A stretch of DNA of 63,873 bases, counting the filler, from Collodictyon triciliatum (lineage: Eukaryota), in the NCBI GenBank assembly GCA_043381765.1. It is 8 parts of 8 records of this genome, joined end to end, with 100 filler letters (N's around TTAATTAATTAA, not from the genome) between each part and the next. Parts side by side here need not be neighbours in the genome. Positions count along the whole stretch, not along the records: positions 41,909 to 51,185 come from JBHJMP010003094.1; positions 51,286 to 60,562 come from JBHJMP010003095.1; 6 more parts are not named here. One strand, given 5' to 3'. The position numbers and the translations under genes were made by a program. The notes under the pieces were generated by a model. That model was not told the origin of the DNA. It was given only the letters and a program-made list of their open reading frames with translations, and did no database searches. Positions 45,715 to 58,433 of the stretch are shown here, piece after piece; within the stretch, counting starts at the first letter, position 1, and every line of letters begins with the position of its first letter.

Positions 45715-46276
45715 AAATCCTAGCGATTCATCATTTATTCCGATTCGCTTTTCCTTTTTGTTTTTCACTTTCTATGAATTATTGTCCCATACAACCGAAT
45801 AAACACACCTATTCCAAATTATCACTCCTCATCGTGTCTATCTTCCTTTCTATCTATCGTTTCTCTTTTCAATTACAGCCACCAATTTAATATCAGTCTT
45901 TTTTTTTTTTTTTTTTGTTTGGTGTTAAATTCGATGAGGGTGAATCCGACTAATCATAAGTTGATAAGATAGATAATTAATCGGATTCTGGTATGCTGTA
46001 AACCATTATTTATCATGAAAGTATTAGCATTTATTTTATTGCGTTCTTATGTGCCTCTGGTTCTCAAACAGCCAGCCTCCGAATACCCCATCTAAGCGAT
46101 GTACAGCTATGTATTCGTTGGACGTATAGAAAGATGGATGGATGGATGCTATGAGTCACATATAAATTTTATGAAACAATATACTCATGCGGTTAGTTAA
46201 TCACCAAAAAAAAAAAAAAAAAAAAAAAGAACCTGAATATTAATCTGACCTGATTCTTTTTTTTTGGCGGCCTTTG

Positions 46277-49200
46277 TTACTTATGTAATTTTTTCTTCTC
46301 GTGGGAAGTATGCAATTCATCTACCGACTCATGTATCCAAGGAACTTGTAGCATAAAATCCTCCAAAATGTCGCGCCTCTCGCAAACCAAGTATAAATGT
46401 ATAGGCATATTACCGTAAGTATTCATTGACTCATAAAATTCGAATCGCAGTCTTTTGTAAGTTCCGATTTCATCGCGCAGCTGTTGCGTTATCTATGAAG
46501 CAAACGGTATTTTCAAATTCAGATTGTTTCTTGGAATCAGCTTCTAGATGTGATGCAACTATTATCCACTACATACAACAACTTCGCCATATTTGATTCT
46601 CCTGGACATATTAATCAGCGTCGATACTAGAATCCTCAAGAAAATCAGAATTGAAAAGATAATCCGGAAGTATTATTTCAACAAAAAATAGAAAATAACT
46701 CTTTATTATTATCGGCTTAAAAAAAAAAAGAAACCAGTTTCCCCAAAGCAGTCGTAACTAAATTCCTGACACCCTACAATAAATTACAATTTCATTTTTC
46801 GTATATCACAAGTCTACGTCTGAAAAATGGAACCGTGGTGAATGGGCCGCCCACCAATAAGTCCGTAGTGTATGCTCCCAGCACCAACAACCATTTTGCA
46901 TCGGAAGTCGACCCCTCGGACTATCTTCATCTCGTCGATTCCATTCCGAACCTGCCAAATGCGCGCAAAAATTAATGTTTTTTATACTAATTATTAAAAG
47001 AAAGTAAATGAGGGTAAAAATTAGGCATATTTATAATAATACTTGGAAGCAGAATTCCATCGCCTTTTCATAAACCCCTTGTTTACTTCTCTTCGTGATA
47101 TAGTTTTGAGTCACCTGTTGTTTAATTCGTTCTCTTCAAAAATGCAACGAATATATTTGGGTTAAATGATGAAAGAAAATATCACAATCATCGCCACTCC
47201 GGTCACTTTGGTGACAATCATGTCAAAAGGTTTTGCCTGTCTCTCTACCATCCCTATAAAATCTATAAAAAGATAGATATTGGTTTTGGTTATGTTTTTT
47301 CTAGTAGTCTCAATGAAGCACTTTTACTTAAATCGATCCATTATATGAAAAAAAAATGGACACAAAAATACATGAAATGTCCTCAAACACGGTGCTGGTG
47401 TAGCCTTCGCGCCTTGATTTTGAAAATGCTTTGAAATCAATCGCAATAATGACGGCTGTTTCCATAGATTGGCAAGATAGTACGTTTTCTTTCAAATCAG
47501 AAATAATATCTTTGTGCAAAGTAGATAATAAGGCCTTCTGATTACTTTCACTTTCAACAATGAGCTCCTCTATTCCCTATTGACAAAGGTTGAAAGAATA
47601 ATTTATTTTGTATTTCATACTACAATGGTTTTTTATATGAGCAACTAATTACCGTCTCAAAACTATTAGGATTTACCTCCTTCAAATATTTTTTATCCAT
47701 AAACTCTTTCCTTGAAGACATGTCTCTTGACGCTGTAAAAACACCCAGTATTGTAATGAATGAAACAGAGTCCATGAGAAGGTGAACAGGTACGTTCCTA
47801 TCATAAATCCTGATATAAAATGAAACATAATTTTGTTAATATGTGCCTCAAATTATTAAAATCAAAAAATAATTAAATTAGATTAAGCTAACCCAATCCT
47901 TGCTTGGTATCGAAAATAGATGAAAACTGAAAGAACAATCCATGTAAGAAACTGAGGAAATATGAAAGCAGGTGGTATTGTAATCACAGAAACGTAAAAT
48001 ATTCCGACGTTGAATATTTCAGAAAACAGGAAATCAAAATCGGACTTTTCAAGGTAGCAATCCAAAGTGCCACTTTCAAGTATTAGCACCAACCGAAAGA
48101 AAGTGAACAGGCCGTATATTGAGCCCACTAAAAGAGGAATGAGCCAGAAAATAAACTCCTTGTCACCCTTTGACGACGGTTTAGAAAAAGAAAAAGCCAT
48201 TCCACCAAGGATGAAAATTGGAGTGAGTATCATATATCTTATTAAAAATAAGAGGTCGCTAATTGTTTCGTGGAATGGGCATGTTTGAATAAGGATGTAT
48301 TCATCGGTATGGCCGTATGCTACGAAACAGGAGACAATTGAAACTAAAAGAAGCCTGCATTTTTATGCCCATTTTAGTTATCACGAAATAAATACCTTAA
48401 AAAAAACAACAGCATAAAAAGCTTACAAGTTTTGTTTTTTGTTCACATATGTCCGGAGACTTTTCTGAAACACATTCTCTTGTTCCGTCTGAAAAGTCAA
48501 TATTCCGAAGAAAGCCCAAATCCCTTTGTTTACTCTAGCGAGTTCGAAAGGACTGAGAGTATCAGGTTCCTAGAGTTGATAGAGAAAGCATAATAATATC
48601 AATGCATGAGGTTAAGATACTGATCCATCAAAAAAGTTTCAATATATGCATATATACATATGATGGCTGAATTGAAGCTAGTCACTTGGTCATATTGGAA
48701 CCTTCGATTCAAAGCTGCGCTTTCTTGATTCAACACAATTTTCTTTTCGAAAGATTCTGCGTTGGGACATTTCGAAAAACCTTTCTCCTTTGATGAGGCT
48801 GAAGCGCCCTTGTGATATCTGAATCTCTTTACAGAACCATTTCCGTGAGCTACCTTGATTTCCTCCGAATGAGACATAGAATCCTATAACATGGTCTAAT
48901 TCAAAAATTGGCATACAGATACAGCAGTTTAACGGGATATTGTTACCGTTTGATGTTGGCACCTCGTGTCCATCCATATTTCTTTCGTGCTCGGGTCAAT
49001 GATGATGTCCAGATTTTCAGAAGAATCGATTGATAACAAAGCTTCATCATATGCTGATTATGTTCCCCTTTTAGTGCCATTTTCCATGAATTTTGATTTA
49101 TGTTGCTAACCTTCACCAACAATATCGAACAAAGACTTTGAGAAAGTGAGCAATCCACCCTCAGTCTTTCCGCTTCCAATCCCAATTTTCAAGGATACCT

Positions 49201-51103
49201 AATTATTAACCACGTTGTTAACAAAAGTAATATAAAAAACAATAATAATATGAATAGGATAAGAATAATAGAGTAGATATGAGATATGAAATAAAGGTCA
49301 ATATCACCTGAACAAAACGGCTTTTTAAATAGTTGGACATAATCTCGTGAGCAACTTCCAAAGGATTAATCGCAGTTTCTCCAAATAGTCCACTAATAAA
49401 CTAAATTTACAAATTGTGAGTAAACTTTAAGGTTTGCAGTTGATGTTCATTCGAAGGGTAAACCGTTGAGGATGGTTTTAGACTTCTCACCGTTGTACAA
49501 AGACCTATTAATAAAAAAAATTTAAATCATAATCATAATCATATTCACAACAGTAAGGTTTATTAGCTTAATTAGTTTAGGCTGCAATTTTTACCTAAGG
49601 TATTCGTTTTATGATATCCTAACCTAGTATGCATTCGATGTTAAGTAAATGTGCGACAATTATACGGATTGATTACCATTCTTACCCAGTTGCTGATCTG
49701 TGTATCATACTAAAAGCGAATGTTTCAATCAGTAGTCGAATTACCCTAAATTTTATTTTATAAATATGCAAGAAAAGCCAGCTACCTATATAATAAGTCG
49801 ATTTCCACTTTAGAATTGATAAAGTCCGCTGTATTATTTGCGTTCACTACCGCCACACAGATAACAGATGTCCCATGTCCTTCGAAATAAGGGGAACTAT
49901 TCATCCGATCAATCAAGCATTTGATAACCGGGCTAAAATAGAATAATGATTCAGGTAAATAGAGGGCATATATGAGCCATTATTTTCCTTTTTTAAATGC
50001 GAGAACCTCACATTGGATAGAGATTGGACAACAAGGATCGTGTCCGATGTCTCTTCACAGATATATTTTCTTTTATCCAGACCAATTTCCTTGTGGCGTA
50101 GAAGGAACTTGAATACATAGAATGAAAATGATTAAATTAAGAAACTTTTTTTTTAAAAAAAAAAAAACAAGTCAATGTGCCTATTTATTTTAAAATACTT
50201 CATTCTCTGCATTTCGATGATTTTCAAAACAGTCAAACTGATGAACGAGGTGAGGATAAGGGGAGAGATGCTCCGATAAACAGCATTGAAGGATGCTTTT
50301 GTTGAAAAAATTAAAAGTAAGAAGGCGTAGATATTGCCACTGACTGTGATAATTATTTGAGCTTGAAAATCTCCTGTCAACACCACAGTGAGGCCCTACC
50401 AAAAAAATTAAATTAGTTTCTATTAGAAATCGTTTGAGAATGAGTCAACTCGTAAATTAATTATGTTTTGTCATTACCAAAACACTTAATTGAGCTTCCA
50501 TAAGGTAGGTGTCAGGCGTGCTGATTATCTTGGAGAGAAAGATATGACATAGAAAAAAATAGACCATTGCATGAAGGGTGTAGCACACTCTGCATTGATG
50601 AGATTGTGTCAGAAAAAATCAATAGTCCACAATATTTTTTTGTCATTATTTTAGTAGCGCTCGGAATAAACCTGGCACAAATCTCTTCATTTCCGACAGT
50701 TTTAAGTTTTTTCCAAGTCATGGCAAGAACTATTGATACCATAAAACAGAAAACTGATATCATGCAATATATTATCCTCCAGGAAGGCAGTGTTCCACTA
50801 TAACGGTTTAGGATTGTTTCGGTGTATTTATTATTGGCTGTAATTAAAGAGATTATTTTCGATATTCTATTCATTTCATGGTACATGATTTGATAGATGA
50901 CAGAAATTACTTGTCTGTTAATCTTACGATCCCATAAGCTGAAGTGACTATAGCAGAGAAAAAAGAATACGGTATGGAATTTTTTGCAATGAAAAGTCTG
51001 TAATCTTTGTCAACGGCAACATCCAAAAACCTATTATTTTTTCGAAATTAGAAAAAAAATATGATGACAATGTGAACCCATTCCACCTAGACTTTTGCTT
51101 CAT
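46277..51103 (-). CDS. Second membrane class III cyclase-like protein (TM-C1-TM-C2) with degenerate catalytic motifs
   Basis: FLDVAVDKDYRLF, TM exons, helical RSLLSNLYP. C1: VSLKIGIGSGKTEGGLLTFSKSLFDIVGEAYDEAL. Second TM cassette 47700-48360. C2: AVIIAIDFKAFS, TKVTGVAMI, YDCFGETVSTLINMS, YGNMPIHLYLV. TAA at 46279-46277; start ATG tentative. Confidence 0.75.
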
Positions 51104-51185
51104 GATTGATTTCGATTATTTTTGTTTGTTTTTTTTTTTAAAAAAAAAAAAAGGACGTGTCTTCGATAAATCGATGAAAAAAAAA

Positions 51186-51285
51186 NNNNNNNNNNNNNNN
51201 NNNNNNNNNNNNNNNNNNNNNNNNNNNNNTTAATTAATTAANNNNNNNNNNNNNNNNNNNNNNNNNNNNNNNNNNNNNNNNNNNN
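51186..51285. other. Artificial contig linker
   Basis: 44N-TTAATTAATTAA-44N. Confidence 0.98.
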
Positions 51286-52877
51286 CCATTAACGGGTACT
51301 CTGAAGTCAAATGGAAACACCATCAACTCATCTCAAATCCCCTATCTGATTGAGAATAAATTCATCTCAAACTTGCAATACCTGTCACCTGAGCCATCTC
51401 AGATAGATGCAGAATTTGAATACGCTTCATTTAACGGATTCCTAGAATCTGGAGTCCATATAGTACAAGTCAAGATTACAGGCTTCTTGAATCATCCACC
51501 AATGGCGTTTGTAAACCCAGATAAATACACAACACCTGAAGTATGTCTATTTCTATATTCTCTACTCTTATAAACATCATTCATATACCCATTTCCATTC
51601 AACCTAAAAGTCCATGGTATTCGTATGATTCTATTTTTTTAAAAGGAAGTGTTTTCATGGAAGTCTAATATGTCTTTTTTTTTTCTTTTCTTTTTAATAA
51701 AAAAGCATTCTGTATTTCCATTTTCATGCAAATGTGATGAACTTTAAACGCTGAGTGGTATATTTTTACCTCGACACCCTATGACACGCATTTAACAATT
51801 TGATGCTATTAGAACAAAAAGGTCTCAATTAAGCTTGGTGGATTTGATGAAGATGGCGACCCACTGACCGCTTACATATCTTCAGTTCCAACTATTGGCG
51901 TATTGAGACAAACCTTGGACGGAATAACAAACGGTAAAGTAATCAGCGTTGGAGACAAGATTGACCTGACTGATGCCTGGCGAGTGATTTATGTGCCTGA
52001 CGCCCTGAAAGGAGAAGGGTCGTTTACCTTTTCGTATTTTTTGGATGACTCCCAAACTGTCTCAAATGAACAAAAAGTTACTATTGAAGTCACCAACGTC
52101 GTGTATCCGCCCACAAGTCTTAGTATACCATCCGTAGTCTCTGTGAATGAAGGTCTTCGAGCACTTATCACTCTGCAAGGAACTGATCCGAACGGACTGT
52201 CCATGTCAGCGCAGCTCACAGCAGAGACCACAAGTGGGCCTTTGTATCTCAGTGATGCACAAGGAAACATACTCAATAGCAGTCCCATTCGCTTACCCAG
52301 TGCGTTCGACCCCTTCATCTTCCCGGCCAGCACAGATGGAAAATGGTATGTTGTGTACCAACCACCAGCCTACAAGTCTGGTTACAGCTTCGACAACTTC
52401 TTCTTCCGAGTGGTTAACTCAGCCGACCTCCTTTCTACCGAGTCGATAGTTCTAATCAATGTTCTGGCCGTAAACGATGCGCCAATCATAAAAGTCCCTA
52501 CCAACGTCACTACCCCCGCAGGCACGGCGGTTCCGGTCAAAGGCGTTGTTATTCAGGAACTTGATTTCAGCGTTGAGAATTCAAAAATCCCATACGTCGC
52601 AGTCGTAAAGGCCGATATAGGCACAGTCAGCATTCCCAACACGGCAGGCGTTACTGTGGCACCAGAAAACTTCGCCACGGGCGCTGCGTCCATAACAATC
52701 ACCGGTAAGTTCAGCAGCGTAAATAATGCCCTGTCCGGTCTGGTGTATTCTCCGCCATCCGGCGTAAATGGAACCACGTCCATCTCGATTACTGTCAATG
52801 ATGGAGGAAACATCGGAAGCGGAGGAGCCAAGGAAACCACGGTGAAGATATATGTCGTTTTGACTATGAATATTTAA
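51286..52877 (+). CDS. 3' part of a protein with tandem bacterial-type Ig/cadherin-like (about 95-110 aa) repeats
   Basis: Repeated NHPPMA...TTPENKKVSIKLGGFDEDGDPLT, VNEGLRALITLQGTDPNG, INVLAVNDAPII and LVYSPPSGVNGTTSISITVNDGGN. One GT-AG intron 51541-51812; no C-terminal TM helix. Confidence 0.75.
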
Positions 52878-53486
52878 GTCAATTGACTAAGACAAAAACT
52901 TTCAAGTTGTAGAGTTTAAAATTTGATACTTTTTGGGCACCGAAATAGTTCGTGTCAGGTGCGCTTACATCTCAGTTTCAAAATTAAAATTAAAATAAAA
53001 TAATATAAAATAAAATAAACAAATTAGAAAGTGACATGAGTAAATCAGCGTCAAGTAAAATAAAAATTCATTATAAATTAGGGAACGAAATAGAATGGCC
53101 CTCACTTTAATACCACTGGTACATACTATCTTACACACTATGCCATAATTGCATTGGTTCATGTGTTTGAGCACAATAAAAGCGAAGAAATAGAAAAGAA
53201 AAGAAAAATGAGTGTCGAGCACAATTCACTATTACTGCCCAAAATCAACCCAGCAATATTATGAAAACTCCAGACATAGATGCCGTTATGTTGCACAATA
53301 TACGCACACTGATATCAATTTTCCTAGATAGTGATTTTCACTCGCGAATGGCACTTCTTTCAATCTTTTATCTGACTTAATGAACTCTAAGGTAGTTCAT
53401 GTTTAATGAATATCCCATGGCAGGAAGTATGGCGCGTCCTTGAGTCCCTTAGTGGAGGTGAGCGAAGTGCTTGTTAATTGACTTCT

Positions 53487-53977
53487 TTACTTCTTCTGCA
53501 GCTTTTTAAAGGCGTCTACAGCCTTCTTCATCGCAACGACTTGACCGACTGTGTTCTGCAGTTGGTTTTGACGATCCAAGGACTGCATTTCACTATGGAC
53601 AGCATAGACAGCCTGCTCCAGAAGAACAGCGGCAGCCTTGACCTACGTGATAGAAGAGTTCACAAGTCAAATGTAGTTGTGTGGTAACCAAAATTCGTGA
53701 TACGTAGGTGAGGCTTCAAAACTTCAATATCTCAAAAATTACCTGACTGTCGTGCGCAGGGTCATCATCAGAACCAGCGGCCTTGACGCTCATAATGATT
53801 TTCAGTTGCAAGGCCCTGGATGAAATTAGTCGATGAAAGTTGAATGGAAGGATTTAAGGGGAGGATGGGGTTTCTAAGATTGTTTATAGATATTCTGGTT
53901 AGGCAAAAAGCTTATAGAATATTTTCTTGTTCAAAAACAGACAAATACGTTCGATTTTATTGTTTCTTTTCAAAACC

Positions 53978-54074
<97 letters not shown>

Positions 54075-57000
54075 TGCCTGTCTTGAATGAGCTTAGATTG
54101 GCCTACAACTTTCTTTCGTGTCTTGTCATCTTTTATACCAACCGAGATTTCAGTTATCTTACGAGATAACATTTGCATTTCTTTGCTCATTTCCTACAAA
54201 AATTTGTTCACGATAAGAAATACTGAAATATTCAAATAAATGTCAACACATGTAGACATCTAGGTGCAGTGTTAAATGAAAAAAAAAAAAGTCAAATTGT
54301 AATAGAGGATACTTTCATTTTCTCCACACGAGCAGCTGGGGCTATTGATTCTTCAGCTTCAATAACTTCGTGAACATTGCTTGTCAAAAAATTGGCACGA
54401 TGGAAGATGATGGCTATGAAGCGATTATTCATAAGCAATTATCCAAATCAAAAGGCTTACCCTGCATCCGTCTTTTTAGAAAGAGCAGCTCAGAGTATTT
54501 TCTTTAAATGATATTACACTTTTAAAAAAAATTAGAACGTGCCAGTGAATCTTGCGAGCAATACCTGCGGTAGGAGTCGCTTGGGCAAAGGCTATTGAGC
54601 TGGTTGAGACAAGTGGGGGAGCTGTCGCAGCTATTTCAAGGGGTTGTTGGGACACCTCGTTTTGTGGTAAAGTTGCTTCATGCGCTACAGTGAAATTTCG
54701 ATATGCTTTCTTAAATGAATAAATAAATGAATAAAGGACGAGATTAGTGTGGTGAACGATATGCTTAGAGTATAATTACAAGACCAAATATCTCCATTCT
54801 TATTACTACCTGGTTGTGAACTTTCGCCGGTATTGACCGGGGCAGTAGGGGTAGGCGAATTTGACGAAGTTGGGGAAGAAACAACCTTCACAGATGTGGA
54901 AAAAGCTCGGACCTTCTTGGCGTAAAAAACAGACCCCGAGCGTGTGCTTTTCGCTATGGAGTTCTCATCGAGTGGAGGTGGGCTGACTACTGATATCTTA
55001 AGATTTGTGATATCTGGGATTGAAACGGCTTTGGGGGCTACAAGTTCTGCAATTTTCAACAAATCATGGCGCCATTTCATTCCAGTATGTTATAATAAAG
55101 AGAAAAAAAAGAGTAGAGAAAAGCGCATCTTAATTTTGAATATTTTTGTGTTTTGCATCCCTAACATGAAAAGTGATAAATTAAAAATTATATTAGACTA
55201 TTTGCAACAAACCCTGAGATGTTGTGGCGGGTGTTTCTGTATGCACGACTGATTCTGTAGCTTCGGTCTCTGTGAATAATACAGGTGGCGCTGAAATGAC
55301 AACCTCCCCACCTTTCTCCTCAAACACAACCTTCAAGAAATAATAAGTGGGTATGTTTCCTGCTATATTAGCATGTTTCTCGAGCAGCAAGTGTATATGG
55401 TAAATACATACGATATATTTTTAAGGAAAATTTATCAAAACGTACTAATCCCTTATTTGTCAAATCCTCAACAACAGTGTCTGCCTGACTCTTGACATCC
55501 TGCAGTGCTTCAGATAGTTCTTTGTCTCCTTGATAGATTTCGGTCTGTTTATATTCGTTTTTTTTTTAGTTTAACAAAGAAACCATAATATTTAGCCTCA
55601 TCCAAAAAACCATTTAATTTCTTAAAGTAAACCCCACTTTTTGGACGGAATCGGCTAGAGTCTTTACACATATCGTAAGAGCGACTTGCTTTGACTGTTT
55701 TAGTTATGAATACATATTTATAATTCAGAACCATTCTTTTTTTTTTTAAAAAAAAAACAGTTCATAAAATCCCATATGTATTGACAGCTTGAAAAAAATA
55801 ACCGGATTTGAAGGGTCTTGCTTGACTTCTTCACTGGCATGCTCCGTTTTTTCAATGACGGATACCAGCTCAGCACGTCGTGTGGATAATTCTAAATCCT
55901 CAGCCACGTTCTAATACGAAACGGTCACATATTGAATTACAATTCTGAAAATTGATATTTAGTTTCATCGCAGATAAACCGAGAGAAGGGACAAAATGAT
56001 ATCTATTGCATGATGGAGTCTTCTTATGATAATATATCGTAGAACGGATTAGGAAAAGAAGGACTAAAATAGGCCTCACCCCAGCTAATTGGACAAGCTC
56101 ATCCGCAACAGAAGCAAATTCTACGTTTGCCTCTACAATTTTACGTGATGCAAGAATTTGGCTCTCATCTTCGATATCGGCATTCACCTGGGCAGTCATT
56201 TCTTCGAGGATTTTGGGTGTGGGACCATGAGTTGCTGTGCTCATCACATTCTCATATGCCTCTTGTTGAGCCTCTTGCTCTGCGGCAAAACGGGCCTCTT
56301 CAACGACCCGTTCCTTTAATTATTTTTTTGTCAGTATGTTGATTGCCTTGTTACCAAAAGTTCCCTAGTTTTAAAGAAGAAAAAAAAGTTTGAATTAAAT
56401 AATACGCTTGCACTAAGTTTTTCAAGTTCTTGTCGCCTGAATGACACGTCGATAATTTTAGACAGCGTGAGGATTGTAACGCCCACCTTAGACAGAGACA
56501 GGAGGCAAAATCCCGCAAAAATTGGTTAGACATATCATATATACGTCAAAATTTGTGCTTTTCACTTTTGAAACAACTCTTATTATAGTTTTTTTTTATT
56601 CTTTCTTTCAGTTTGTAGAAGATGACCTTTGAAACTGCCTTGGGTCAAATAATCCCCATACAAAAAGTACCTTTCTGGCCGAAGCCTCAAATTTTAGCAG
56701 TTGGGCGCGGTTGTCCGAATCAGAGGAGTACTCCGTGAAGGTGCTGATTAACTCAACTAAGAGATTATTACTTTATGGTTTATCATAAACGTTGAATCAA
56801 AGAAACATCGATAGTCGCAGAGTCATAAACAAATGCAACCACACGTCCTATTGCGTGCACATACCAATATCTTCAGCCATGGTAACGAGCAGTGTGGTTA
56901 GTTCTTCTTGCACACTGGATTGTGTATAAGCAATTGGCACAATAACGGAGTTGGTCAGCGTTTGAATAACCTAAAAAAGGGGAAACAAATGTACCAGAGG

Positions 57001-57434
57001 TAAACATCCACGACAGTCAATCAGATTATTCTTTTTTTTTTTTTGTTCTTAGTTCAAAATAGAAAACACTTCAAATAGAAAAATACGTCATCGAAGACAC
57101 AAAATAAAGCGCAACCTCAGAGATATCCTGTGCAGCTTGGACTACATCTTCTTTTTTCTTGGCTGCGACGACAAGTGCAGAAAGCGCATCCACAGATTGA
57201 TCGAGAAGGCCTCCAACCTTGCAAAAGACAAAGAAATCACGTGTACGAACGACAACGATGAAGATAAAAAGATCATAAACAAAAGTAAAAGTACGTCACT
57301 GGAGGAAAAGAGATGAACCATATGAAAATATAAAGTAGAAATAACCAAGCCATTTTTATTTTCAATGCCCAAACTTGTTCTGGGGTCGGCAGGGGGCCGA
57401 TGAGAACGTCAGCATCTTCGTCCTCGTGGCTCAT
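53487..57434 (-). CDS. Vinculin/alpha-catenin-tail-like protein (helical N-terminus, P/T/S-rich linker, Vt-like C-terminus), multi-exon
   Basis: MKEMSKEMQMLSRKITEISVGIKDDKTRKKVVGQSKLIQDRALQLKIIMSVKAAGSDDD aligns by eye with vinculin tail helices ([53 protein letters not shown]). TAA at 53489-53487. Confidence 0.65.
53978..54070. repeat. (AAT)n microsatellite, intronic
   Basis: Direct inspection. Confidence 0.95.
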
Positions 57435-58433
57435 TCGCTGCGTTATTTCGAGACAGAAAACTATGCAAAAGTTAAAGTAATCATCGCCTCTACTTACAAA
57501 AACCAAGTCGTACTATCAGTTATTATGGAATGCCATCCGCAAGTGAAGGATTCATATGTCTCCTTTCTTTGAAATCAACAAATTCTTTCCTGCGGGTTGT
57601 CAATAATTATGTTTGTTGATTGCAACAACCCAGCTGTGTGTCATCTGGCCGTTCGATAGACACACCGCGCCAGTCGTTCGGTCGTTTATAACTTACGGGC
57701 CATATAGATACGATTGGATAAGGTTGAAAAGATATGGATCGTGTCTGAAAGAACAACTTTTTGACAGATGAAGTTGCCCACAACACAACGAGATATAAAG
57801 GATGGAATCGCAAAAAGATATCCAAAAAAGGATTACTTCTTTGAATTTAAACTAACGTGGAAAATATGATTATCTTTGCAAAATTCTACCGCATATATTA
57901 TACCATATTATTTATCTTTTTTTGGTATGGATACATCAGCAACCAACCCACTCAATCCGTCCCAACGAGGCTGCGTGCAATGCCGCACTCACAAAGGTGC
58001 AATCTTTGATCTGCTCTGTCCTGCAGCCCGATCGTGGGGGATCAAAGCAAGAGTGAGGTCAACTCTGGCCATTCAAAGACCCAATGATAAGGACATTTTA
58101 TTGCTTTATTTGTAAAAGAAAAGAAAAGAAAAGAAGCAAATGAATATAAAGTATAAACACATGTCTTGCTCTTGGTCATCTGCCGAGCTTTCAATAAATC
58201 AGCTCCCCATTCTTCCTCTTTTTGTTTTTTTGTTTTTGTTTTAATAAAAGAAAAAGGAAAGGAAAAGAATCCCAAAGATCTAACATATTGAAGCGCACGG
58301 AGAGGCACACGGGCCGAAAAATGTGGAGTGGTGGATGTATAAATACTTTCACCCGTGTTACAATTTAAACAAGGCGTTATTTTTCCCCCTTTTTCTTTAC
58401 TTTTCATTCATAACGTCAAAAGAGTTAGGCAGA

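Noticed and set aside
33464-57434. Talin + vinculin-like + Ig-repeat genes as an adhesion gene cluster
   Set aside because: Talin is on a different contig, separated by artificial linkers.
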